A DNA stretch of 64,000 bases from an uncultured Methanoregulaceae archaeon (lineage in GTDB: Archaea; Halobacteriota; Methanomicrobia; Methanomicrobiales; Methanospirillaceae). Positions 9,802-18,426 of this stretch are shown in pieces. The stretch is from NCBI GenBank assembly GCA_963705255.1, contig OY970061.1:832001-896000 (forward strand), in the 5' to 3' direction. Under the pieces are notes generated by a model. The model was not told the DNA's origin and searched no databases. It saw only the letters and a program-made list of their open reading frames with translations. Numbering within the stretch: the stretch's first letter is position 1; each line of letters begins with the position of its first letter. Position numbers and translations under genes: made by a program.

Positions 9802-10524
9802 ATGGCACCAAATCCCGTCAGCTTTTTACAACACCTTCAAACATTAGGCTATCATCCGAGATCGAATAAACATTCAAACGCTTTGGCAGAGACGATCATG
9901 GGCGACTTACTGAAATATTGCCCGAAGATTGCTTCAAAGGCATCCGCCGGTCAGTTAGTGTACGATCTGAATTTCAACATCACCGTTGGGACGGCAGACT
10001 GGAATATCGATCTGGTTATCGGCAGTGCTCCTCTTGGTATGAAGGCTCCAGAACCGGATATTCCCATTGTGAAAACTCCTCCTGCCCTTGTTCAGATAGC
10101 GATCGAGATCAAGTCTGTAATGACGGAGCATCGCAAGGCGGTGAAGAACCGGAAGAGGGATTTCGATGCACACCACGCCCACGTGCACCAGTATAATCCC
10201 CATTCCATCGCGGGCGGGATTCTTGTCTTGAATGCCTCGCCGAAATTCAAATCGCCGCTTCGGGATACTGAAACGATCCATAAGAACCCGGACAAACTTG
10301 TCGGTCACTGCCTCGACGAGTTCCGTGGCATCTCCTCAAGCGGCGGAACTATCGGGGTCGCGGGTCTCGATGCGAAGGGCGTAATCGTGGTGAATTGCGA
10401 TAATATTGTGCCGCCAAGAACCTGTTACGTCACAACAAAACCGGCGCCTGTTGTCGGCGATCCGATTCACTATGATGCATTTATTCAGAGTATCTGCGAT
10501 CTGTATACGGCCCGGTTTCCTTAA
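9802..10524 (+). CDS. Putative PD-(D/E)xK type II restriction endonuclease
   Basis: NIDLVIG...IAIEIKS motif; starts 1 nt after the MTase stop. Confidence 0.65.
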   Translation: MAPNPVSFLQHLQTLGYHPRSNKHSNALAETIMGDLLKYCPKIASKASAGQLVYDLNFNITVGTADWNIDLVIGSAPLGMKAPEPDIPIVKTPPALVQIAIEIKSVMTEHRKAVKNRKRDFDAHHAHVHQYNPHSIAGGILVLNASPKFKSPLRDTETIHKNPDKLVGHCLDEFRGISSSGGTIGVAGLDAKGVIVVNCDNIVPPRTCYVTTKPAPVVGDPIHYDAFIQSICDLYTARFP

Positions 10525-10733
10525 TGGGCGAATCTGGATTTTTTACTTATTATCGAGTATAATATCCTTAATCCCATAATTATCAAATCTTTTTTGAAGA
10601 ATGTCACGAGAATTAAAGCAATAATCCCCAAAAGCATCCATGAGACAAGCATAATGTTCAACAACGCCTGAAATCCACCGAAGGCCAAAATAAGACCAAC
10701 GTAGAAAAGAAGTTGTTTTAAATCTGAGTTCAT
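10521..10733 (-). CDS. Small 2-TM membrane protein
   Basis: GAGGTGA SD upstream of the ATG; hydrophobic 70 aa. Confidence 0.55.
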   Translation of the reverse strand: MNSDLKQLLFYVGLILAFGGFQALLNIMLVSWMLLGIIALILVTFFKKDLIIMGLRILYSIISKKSRFAH

Positions 10734-11132
10734 AGGAGATCACCTCAATCAATTTTTTTCCAGTCACAACTTTTTTTATCGAGAGGGCACGGTGGCAATC
10801 TGTCCGTATCCTGATCGAGATAGATAATTTCTCCTGTTTCAACCGATTCATAGTGTCCTTTTCCCGGTTTTGTTCCGCACTTGAATGACATTTATTTCCA
10901 CCTTGAGGTCCCAGTGAGAACCTCAGATAATTATCCTATTATGCAGCGAACAAAAGAGTATCAGCAAGTGTTGTGAAAGTGTTACAGTTAGATATTTTTT
11001 ATTTTAGCGAGAATTCTAAATTCGAATGTATTCAGTTAAAACCAGATGTTAAAAATATTGGAAATTCTGACGTGAAAAAACGTCATGAGAATATTGAAGT
11101 AGTTCTCTTATCCATATTAAATAATAAATTCT

Positions 11133-12197
11133 ATGATTTTTATGACGGACATTCCAGAATTAATTGAGGTAATCAATGAAATGGATGCCGATGCTGATAC
11201 AATAGAAAATGAGATGAGCCATCTCTTTTCATCATTAGCCATTGTAGAAAAACCTAATCTTTCTGAAAAAAATGATGAAAGTATTCAAAAAATTCTTTTT
11301 CGTCCATCACTACCCACATATGTCCCTACTCGCGATAAATGGGAGGAACCGAATAAAGAACTATCAGAATATCATCGATATATAATCAAACACTATGAAA
11401 AATGGTATAATCAGGCATTATTCCTTATTCGCGAATATAACAAATCTTCAGAAGTAGAATTCATTGAATTGCATAACGGTAAAAGAGAAAGTTATACCGG
11501 TCCAGACACTTACCGAGACTCACCAGTTCCGGTAACAAAAATGATTACGGTGTATTATGGAATTTCTGAATTATTACAATTTAATGAAAAAATCAAAGGT
11601 ACTTATGAACCTCAAAAATTAATCAAGACTACTACAAATTTATTTTCAAAACAACGCGCATCACTTCTTGCATTACCGGATATTGTAAAAATGTCAAAGA
11701 AATCAAATTCTGTGATTCCCAATTCAATGCCCAATAAGAAGGAAGTATTCATTGTTCATGGCCATGATGAAGAATTAAAACAATCAGTCGCTAGATTTAT
11801 TGAAAAAATTGATTTGAAACCGATAATTTTACATGAACAACCAAATCAAAACAGACATTTGCTCCAAAAATTAAAAGATTATAGCGATGTCGGATACGCA
11901 ATCGTCTTGCTTACTCCGGACGATATGGGAATATCTAAACAGGATTTTGATGAAAAAAATATTGTTCTAAATTTTCAATCAAGGGCCCGTCAAAATGTGA
12001 TTTTAGAATTAGGTTTCTTTTTGGGTCTACTGAAAGAACAGCGGATTTGTGCTATCAATAAAGGTGTTAAAGATATTCCGTCAGATTATCACGGAATTAC
12101 ATTTATTGAATATGATAAAGAAGGAGCGTGGAAAATGAAAATCGCAAAAGAATTAGATTCTGTAGGTTATGTAATAGATTTTAAAAATGTTATATAA
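11133..12197 (+). CDS. TIR-domain (Cap12/PF10137-like) protein with an unknown N-terminal domain
   Basis: VFIVHGHDE, YAIVLLTPDD, RARQNVILELGFF, PSDYHGI. Confidence 0.9.
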   Translation: MIFMTDIPELIEVINEMDADADTIENEMSHLFSSLAIVEKPNLSEKNDESIQKILFRPSLPTYVPTRDKWEEPNKELSEYHRYIIKHYEKWYNQALFLIREYNKSSEVEFIELHNGKRESYTGPDTYRDSPVPVTKMITVYYGISELLQFNEKIKGTYEPQKLIKTTTNLFSKQRASLLALPDIVKMSKKSNSVIPNSMPNKKEVFIVHGHDEELKQSVARFIEKIDLKPIILHEQPNQNRHLLQKLKDYSDVGYAIVLLTPDDMGISKQDFDEKNIVLNFQSRARQNVILELGFFLGLLKEQRICAINKGVKDIPSDYHGITFIEYDKEGAWKMKIAKELDSVGYVIDFKNVI

Positions 12198-12287
12198 TAG
12201 AAAATTGCATTTTCCTCCTACATTCGCCCATTTCATATTCGCATTTCTCCTTGGTAAGCGCACCGTGCTACTCATTAGCACACACGC

Positions 12288-12295
12288 TTAAATAC
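12288..12295 (+). promoter_or_regulatory. Putative archaeal TATA box of the aromatic operon leader
   Basis: cTTAAATA about 25 nt upstream of ATG 12317, ahead of the leader ORF. Confidence 0.45.
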
Positions 12296-12341
12296 AAACA
12301 CACCAAACAATAAACCATGCAGAACGAGTGCCACCGCATTC

Positions 12342-12503
12342 ATGAGGGTTTTTTTGCCCGTGAATGTCTTTATCTCCGTTAGAACACCCGCCCGCTGCAT
12401 CAGTGAGATCGTTTCTGAACTTGTCGTGAATGCCGGTACGTCCGCGTATCGCTTCTTCGGCTTTTTTGGCTTTTATTACCGGTTTTATTACTGGTATCAG
12501 TAA
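12342..12503 (+). CDS. Putative aromatic-amino-acid leader (attenuator) peptide, 53 aa
   Basis: MRVFLPVNVFISVRTPARCISEIVSELVVNAGTSAYRFFGFFGFYYRFYYWYQ*; 6 Phe, 6 Tyr and 1 Trp in the last 18 codons; ends 58 nt before the first operon gene. Confidence 0.75.
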   Translation: MRVFLPVNVFISVRTPARCISEIVSELVVNAGTSAYRFFGFFGFYYRFYYWYQ

Positions 12504-12561
12504 ACCCTCTGGTTCCGCATAAAAAATCCGTGTGTGAATGCAGGGGGAGGTTGTTGTTGTT

Positions 12562-13353
12562 ATGAGAGGAAAGGAAATTCGTCTGGAAAGAATCATGAAC
12601 CGGAACACGAGGAAGACGGTCATCGTGCCGATGGACCACGGGGTCACGAATGGGCCGATCCCGGGGCTGATCGACCTGTCGCAGGCCGTGAACCTGGTGG
12701 CCGAGGGCGGGGCGAACGCGGTGATCGGGCACATGGGGCTCGCCCTCCACGGCCACCGGCAGAGCGGGCGGGACGTGGGGCTGATCCTCCACCTGTCCGC
12801 GAGCACGTCGGTAGGGCCGGACCCGAACAACAAGGTCCTCGTGAACTCGGTGACGAACGCCCTGAAGATGGGGGCGGACGCGGTATCGATGCACGTGAAC
12901 ATCGGGGCGGAGTCGGAGGCGGCGATGCTCCAGGACCTCGGGAAGGTCGCGGTGGAATGCATGGAGTGGGGGATGCCGCTCCTCGCCATGATGTACCCGA
13001 GGGGGAAGAAGATCGCGAAGGATAACGACGTGGAGATGGTCAAGCTCGCCGCCCGGGTGGCAGCGGAGCTCGGCGCCGACATCGTCAAGACGGTGTACAC
13101 CGGCGACCCGGAGTCCTTCCGGGAGGTGACCCGGGGGTGCCCGGTGCCGGTGGTCGTTGCCGGAGGTTCAAAGACCGATGACCGCACAACCCTTGAGCTG
13201 ATAGAAGGGGCGATGGCGGGAGGGGCGGCCGGGATCTCCATCGGCCGGAACGCCTTCCAGCACAAGCACCCGGCGAAGTTCGTCCGGGCAGCGGCCTGTA
13301 TCGTACACAAGAACATGAGCGTTGACGAAGCATTGAAAATTCTGAAGGTGTGA
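12562..13353 (+). CDS. aroA': 2-amino-3,7-dideoxy-D-threo-hept-6-ulosonate (ADH) synthase, class I aldolase, paralog 1
   Basis: VPMDHG, GADIVKT (Schiff-base Lys), GRNAFQ; GGAGGT SD before ATG 12562. Confidence 0.88.
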   Translation: MRGKEIRLERIMNRNTRKTVIVPMDHGVTNGPIPGLIDLSQAVNLVAEGGANAVIGHMGLALHGHRQSGRDVGLILHLSASTSVGPDPNNKVLVNSVTNALKMGADAVSMHVNIGAESEAAMLQDLGKVAVECMEWGMPLLAMMYPRGKKIAKDNDVEMVKLAARVAAELGADIVKTVYTGDPESFREVTRGCPVPVVVAGGSKTDDRTTLELIEGAMAGGAAGISIGRNAFQHKHPAKFVRAAACIVHKNMSVDEALKILKV

Positions 13354-14141
13354 AGATGATTGGAAAGGAGATCAGGATCGAACGGATCATGAACCGGAAC
13401 ACAGGAAGGTCGGTCATCGTGCCGATGGACCACGGGTTCTCGATGGGACAGATTGAAGGACTGCTGGACATGACGAAGGTCATCTCGGACGTGAGCGAAG
13501 GGGGCGCGAACGCCATCGTGCTCCACAAGGGGCTCGTCAAGCGCGGCCACCGGAAGCACGGCCGCGACATCGGCCTCATCATCCACCTCTCGGGGTCCAC
13601 CTCGCTCAACCCGGACCCGAACGACAAGGTGCAGGTCTGCACCGTGGAGGAGGCGATAGCCCTCGGCGCGGACGCGGTCTCGATCCACATCAACCTCGGC
13701 TCGCCCAACGAGTCCAAGATGCTGGAGATCGGCGCCGGCGTGGCAAAGGACTGCATGCGCTGGGGGATGCCGCTCCTGACCATGTGCTACCCGCGGGGCA
13801 AGGGGATCGACTCCTTCTCCCCGCAGTCGGTGGGCCACGCGGTCCGGGTCGCCGAGGAGCTCGGCGCGGACATGATCAAGACCAACTACCCGGGAGATGC
13901 AGAATCCTTCCGGAAGATCGTGAAGGCCTGCTCGGTTCCCGTCTTCATTGCCGGCGGCGAGAAGACCGGCGACCTCGAGTCCCTGAAGATCATCCGCGAC
14001 TCGGTGAAGGTCGGCGGCGCAGGGGTCTGCGTGGGGAGGAACTCCTTCCAGCGCGAGGACACCACGGCGTTTGTCAAAGCCCTCTGTGCGGTCGTCCACG
14101 ACAAAACGGACCCGGAGAAGGCGCTGGGGAAGAAGAGATGA
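13350..14141 (+). CDS. ADH synthase/DhnA-type aldolase, paralog 2
   Basis: VPMDHG, GADMIKT, GRNSFQ; tandem paralog of the preceding gene. Confidence 0.85.
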   Translation: MKMIGKEIRIERIMNRNTGRSVIVPMDHGFSMGQIEGLLDMTKVISDVSEGGANAIVLHKGLVKRGHRKHGRDIGLIIHLSGSTSLNPDPNDKVQVCTVEEAIALGADAVSIHINLGSPNESKMLEIGAGVAKDCMRWGMPLLTMCYPRGKGIDSFSPQSVGHAVRVAEELGADMIKTNYPGDAESFRKIVKACSVPVFIAGGEKTGDLESLKIIRDSVKVGGAGVCVGRNSFQREDTTAFVKALCAVVHDKTDPEKALGKKR

Positions 14142-14323
14142 TACGGTCGATCACAAAGCTCGATGCCGGCACATCCATGAAGACGAAAAAGTGGGTCTGT
14201 GGAAAAACCAATAAAACCCTCAAGTGGGATTGCGATGAAGCCACGGGTGCTCGCCGCCTCGTCGGGGCTCGCCCCGTGGAGCATGGCCGCAGAAGGGACC
14301 CGTGGGAAAAAAAATTTAAAAAT

Positions 14324-14490
14324 GGGGGTCAAGGGGGTTTGCCCCCTTGGGCTGCCTCGAAGAACCTTTTGGGTTCTTCTCCTTCTTCACGGTCCTTATG
14401 GACCGTTCAGACTCCCCCTCTGGGGACCGACCGCAGGGAGGTCGCAGAAGAACGCATGAGCGTTCTTCGAGGAGAGAGGGGGTCACCCTC
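14324..14490 (+). repeat. Intergenic repeat family A with two inserted hairpin mini-elements
   Basis: Matches the uninterrupted copy at 37584-37647, with inserts at 14359-14414 and 14427-14473. Confidence 0.8.
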
Positions 14491-14553
14491 ACAAATTCCA
14501 CTGAACGTTTCTGAAAAGACAGAGATGAAACAACAGCAAAACAGGGGGCTGCA

Positions 14554-15540
14554 ATGAAGCAGTTCTGGGTCGACATCCGCCCCTGGAACAAGGAGGTCGC
14601 GACCACGGCCATCGAGAGCGGTGCCGACGCGCTGGTCGTCGACCGGGCGGAGGACGTGCGGCGGCTCGGGAGGATCACGACCATCGCCCCCGACGGGGAC
14701 CTGAAGCCCGGCTCCGATATCGCGGAGTGCACCATTACCGACAAGGAGAGTGAGAACGCCGCCGCCCGGATCGGGAAGGGGAAGAAGGTGATCGTCACCA
14801 CGTCCGACTGGACCGTCATCCCGCTCGAGAACCTCGTCGCCCAGTCCGACCAGATCATCGCGACGGTAAAGAGCGTAAAGGAGGCGGAACTCGCCCTGCA
14901 CGTCCTTGAGAAAGGGGTGTACGGCATCCTCCTGAAGACATCCGATCCCGCCGTCGTACGATCGGTGGCGGCCCTCGTGAAGGGGGCGAGCGCCACGGTC
15001 GGCCTCGTCCCGTTCACGGTCACGAAGATCCGGCAGGTCGGCATGGGCGACCGCGTCTGCGTGGACACCTGCTCCATGCTCTCCGACGGGGAAGGCATGC
15101 TGATGGGGAACACCTCGTCGGCGATGCTCCTCGTGCACGCCGAGACGCTCGAGAACCCGTACGTGGCCCCCCGCCCGTTCCGGGTGAACGCCGGGGCGGT
15201 GCACGCCTACATCCTGATGCCCGACGGCAAGACCGCGTACCTCTCCGACCTGGCGATTGGCGGGCAGGTCCTCGTCTCCGACGCGAAGGGCTCCGCCCAC
15301 ACGGCGGTCATCGGGCGGACCAAGATAGAGCGCCGCCCCCTCCTCCTCGTAGAGGCCGAAGCAGGAACAGCAAAGGTGAGCCTGATTCTCCAGAACGCCG
15401 AGACCATCCGCCTCGTCGGCGAGGACGGGAAGGCGATCTCGGTCGTGAACCTCGCAACCGGCGATACGATACTCGGCTGCGTGCTCGAGGGCGGCAGGCA
15501 TTTCGGGATGGCCGTCAAAGAGACTATCCGCGAGAAATGA
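14554..15540 (+). CDS. aroB': 3-dehydroquinate synthase II
   Basis: WTVIPLENL, GDRVCVDTC, RPFRVNAG, LQNAETIRL, GRHFG. Confidence 0.95.
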   Translation: MKQFWVDIRPWNKEVATTAIESGADALVVDRAEDVRRLGRITTIAPDGDLKPGSDIAECTITDKESENAAARIGKGKKVIVTTSDWTVIPLENLVAQSDQIIATVKSVKEAELALHVLEKGVYGILLKTSDPAVVRSVAALVKGASATVGLVPFTVTKIRQVGMGDRVCVDTCSMLSDGEGMLMGNTSSAMLLVHAETLENPYVAPRPFRVNAGAVHAYILMPDGKTAYLSDLAIGGQVLVSDAKGSAHTAVIGRTKIERRPLLLVEAEAGTAKVSLILQNAETIRLVGEDGKAISVVNLATGDTILGCVLEGGRHFGMAVKETIREK

Positions 15541-16367
15541 CCATGAAGGCAGGCATCATCGGCGGGACCGGCAGGATGGGCAGGCTCTTTGCCCCGGTCT
15601 TCGAACGTGCGGGCTACGAGGTCCTCGTCTCCGGGCGGACAACGGCACTGACCAGTGCAGAGCTGGCAGAGCGCTGCGAGCTCGTCATCGTCTCGGTCCC
15701 TATCCATGACACGGTCAGGGTGATCGACGAGATAGCCCCGCTCCTCACCGCTGACCAGCTCCTCTGCGATCTCACGTCCCTCAAAGTAAAGCCAGTCGGG
15801 GCGATGCTCACATCAAAAGCCAGTGTTATCGGGCTCCACCCGATGTTCGGGCCTACGGTCAGCTCCCTGCACCACCAGACCATCATCGTCTGCCCGGCCC
15901 GGGCCAGAGACGAAGAACTCCAGTCACTCCTCTCCATCTTCCGGGCGGAGGGAGCGGACTGCACCATCACGACCCCGGAGGAGCATGACCGGATGATGGC
16001 CGTAGTCCAGGGGCTCACCCATTATGTCACGCTCTGCATGGCGGACACGGTCCGCAGGCTCGGCGTGGATATAGAAAAGACCCTCACGTTCACCAGCCCG
16101 GTCTACCAGATCGAGCTCTCGCTGGTCGGCAGGCTCCTCTCCCAGGACCCGGCGCTCTATGCCGACATCCTCCAGCAGAACCCGTTCGTGCCCGGCGTCC
16201 TGGCGGCCTGCCGGGATTCGGCTGCCGAGCTCTCGTCCATAGTCGGTTCCCGCGATCCCGCACTCTTCCGGAAGTTTTTCGAACAGGACAGCCGGCATCT
16301 CGGCGCATACTGTGACGAGGGGCAGGCGATCACCGATGCCCTTATCGAGTGCATGGTGAACCGATGA
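15537..16367 (+). CDS. tyrA: Prephenate/arogenate dehydrogenase
   Basis: IIGGTGRMG, HPMFGP, EEHDRMMAVVQGLTH. Confidence 0.92.
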   Translation: MTMKAGIIGGTGRMGRLFAPVFERAGYEVLVSGRTTALTSAELAERCELVIVSVPIHDTVRVIDEIAPLLTADQLLCDLTSLKVKPVGAMLTSKASVIGLHPMFGPTVSSLHHQTIIVCPARARDEELQSLLSIFRAEGADCTITTPEEHDRMMAVVQGLTHYVTLCMADTVRRLGVDIEKTLTFTSPVYQIELSLVGRLLSQDPALYADILQQNPFVPGVLAACRDSAAELSSIVGSRDPALFRKFFEQDSRHLGAYCDEGQAITDALIECMVNR

Positions 16368-17158
16368 CCGTCATAACGCTGGGACCGGAAGGGACGTTCT
16401 CCCACGAGCTCACCCTGAAGATGGGCTACTCCGGGACGGTCACCCTCCTCCCGACCATCCACCGGATCATGGATGCAGTCGCGCGCGGGGAAGGGGACGG
16501 GATCGTGCCCATGGAAAATTCCGAGGCAGGCAGCGTCGGGGAGACCCTCGACGGCCTCTCCCGCTACCCCCTCTTCATCACGGCCGAGATGTACATGCCG
16601 GTCCACCACAACCTCGCGTCGCTCGTCCCGCTGGAGAAGATCCGGGTGATCTACGCCCATCCGCAGACCCACGAGCAGTGCAGCGAATATATCGAGAAGT
16701 GGGGCGTCCCGGTCATCCATACCAGCAGCAACGCCTCCAGTGCCCTCGAGGCAAAGAAGACGCCCAATGCCGGCGCGATACTCTCGGCTTCCGCAGCCGC
16801 GCTCTACCGGATCCCGGTCATCGTTAAGGACACCGAGAACAACCTCTCGAACACGACGCGGTTTGTCCGGATCTCCCCAACTCCTGCCGGAGATGGCCAC
16901 CCGGAAAAATGCAGCATCTTCATCGACCCGAGCACGGACCGGGCCGGGCTGCTCCACGACCTCCTTGAGGCCTTCGCTTCCCGGGGGATCAACCTGACCC
17001 GGATCGAGTCGAGGCCGTCGAGGCGGGGCATAGGGAACTACGTCTTCTTCCTCGATTATGCCTGGTCTCCCCGGACCGGGGATGCCCTCGAGGAACTCCG
17101 GGGGATCACCACGGTCAAGGAGCTCGGCTGTTACCGGAAAATCGGGGTCCCGCCATGA
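16364..17158 (+). CDS. pheA: Prephenate dehydratase with ACT domain
   Basis: LGPEGTFS, PMENSEAG, NTTRF, INLTRIESRP. Confidence 0.95.
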   Translation: MTVITLGPEGTFSHELTLKMGYSGTVTLLPTIHRIMDAVARGEGDGIVPMENSEAGSVGETLDGLSRYPLFITAEMYMPVHHNLASLVPLEKIRVIYAHPQTHEQCSEYIEKWGVPVIHTSSNASSALEAKKTPNAGAILSASAAALYRIPVIVKDTENNLSNTTRFVRISPTPAGDGHPEKCSIFIDPSTDRAGLLHDLLEAFASRGINLTRIESRPSRRGIGNYVFFLDYAWSPRTGDALEELRGITTVKELGCYRKIGVPP

Positions 17159-18420
17159 GGATTACCATCCCGCGTTCGGGAAGCGTAGACCTGCAGTTCG
17201 AGGCACCCCCCTCGAAAAGTTTCACGCACCGGGCGCTGATCGCCGGGGCCCTCGCTTCCGGTACGACAACGGCCATAAACCCGCTCGAATCAGAGGACAC
17301 CCTCCTCACGCTGGCCGCTCTTCAGAAACTGGGTGTCGACGCCCGGCAGGAGACCGGCCGTATTGTCCTCCACGGGTGTGACGGGGAACTTCCTGCGGCC
17401 GGACCGGTAACCCTTGAGCTCGGCAACTCCGGCACGAGCCTCCGCCTCATGGCATCCCTCGCCCTGCTCTGCCGCTACCCGCTGACCCTCACCGGGAGCG
17501 CCCGCATGCAGGAACGGCCGATCGGGCCGCTCGCGGAAGCGCTCTCATCCATCGGGGGTTCCGTAAAATTCTTACAGAGGAGCGGCTATCCCCCTCTCGA
17601 GGTGAGCGGCCATCTCCGGGGCGGCAGGGTCAGCATCGACGGCTCGGTCAGCAGCCAGTTCATCTCGTCCATCCTGATTGCGGCTCCCTACGCGGAGACC
17701 GAGGTGGAGATCCATATCCCCTCGCCTCCCGCATCGGCGTCCTACCTCGATATCACCCTGAGCGTCATGGAAGGTTTCGGCGCACGGGTCGCCCGTGAAG
17801 GGTATGAACAGTTCACGGTCAGCACCCGGAACCGGTACGCCGGGCGGACCTATGCAGTCGAGGGCGACTATTCGTCTGCCTCCTACTTCTTTGCCCTTGC
17901 CGCTATCTGCGGGGGGAAGGTCACGGTACATAACCTTGTCCCGGACTCCGTGCAGGGCGACCGCAGGTTCCTCCCGGCGCTTCAGGAGATGGGGTGCACG
18001 GTGACGTATCCGGAGAACGCCGTCTCCGTAGAACGGACCGGGGAGCTCCGGGGGATCACCATCGACATGTCATCGTCTCCCGATACCGTGCAGACCCTCT
18101 GCATGGTCGCAGCGACCGCGACAACGCCCACGACCATCAGCGGCATCGGTCATTTGAAGTTCAAGGAGAGCGACCGTATTTCCGGTACAGCTGAACGGCT
18201 CCGGGCCCTCGGGGGCAGGGTGGACGTCGGCGGCGACCGCATCACCATCCGCCCCTCGGTCCTTCACGGGGGCGTCATCGACCCGGCCAACGACCACCGC
18301 ATGGCGATGTCCTTCGCGGTGCTCGGGCTCGGGATCGGGGGGATCACCATCACGAATGCCGAATGCGTCAGCAAATCGTTCCCGGGATTCTGGGAGAGCC
18401 TGAGCGGGGTCATCCCGTGA
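17155..18420 (+). CDS. aroA: EPSP synthase
   Basis: PPSKSFTHRA, GNSGTSLR, SSQFISS, KESDRI, DHRMAM. Confidence 0.97.
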   Translation: MRITIPRSGSVDLQFEAPPSKSFTHRALIAGALASGTTTAINPLESEDTLLTLAALQKLGVDARQETGRIVLHGCDGELPAAGPVTLELGNSGTSLRLMASLALLCRYPLTLTGSARMQERPIGPLAEALSSIGGSVKFLQRSGYPPLEVSGHLRGGRVSIDGSVSSQFISSILIAAPYAETEVEIHIPSPPASASYLDITLSVMEGFGARVAREGYEQFTVSTRNRYAGRTYAVEGDYSSASYFFALAAICGGKVTVHNLVPDSVQGDRRFLPALQEMGCTVTYPENAVSVERTGELRGITIDMSSSPDTVQTLCMVAATATTPTTISGIGHLKFKESDRISGTAERLRALGGRVDVGGDRITIRPSVLHGGVIDPANDHRMAMSFAVLGLGIGGITITNAECVSKSFPGFWESLSGVIP

Positions 18421-18426
18421 GGAGGA

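Noticed and set aside
12240-12290. tRNA or att site at the island's right border
   Set aside because: Only a short GTGCTA...TAGCAC hairpin; no cloverleaf, T-loop or matching direct repeat seen.
12288-14099. 603-aa minus-strand ORF and similar long antisense ORFs across the GC-rich core
   Set aside because: Shadow frames of well-supported genes caused by high GC3; no recognisable motifs.
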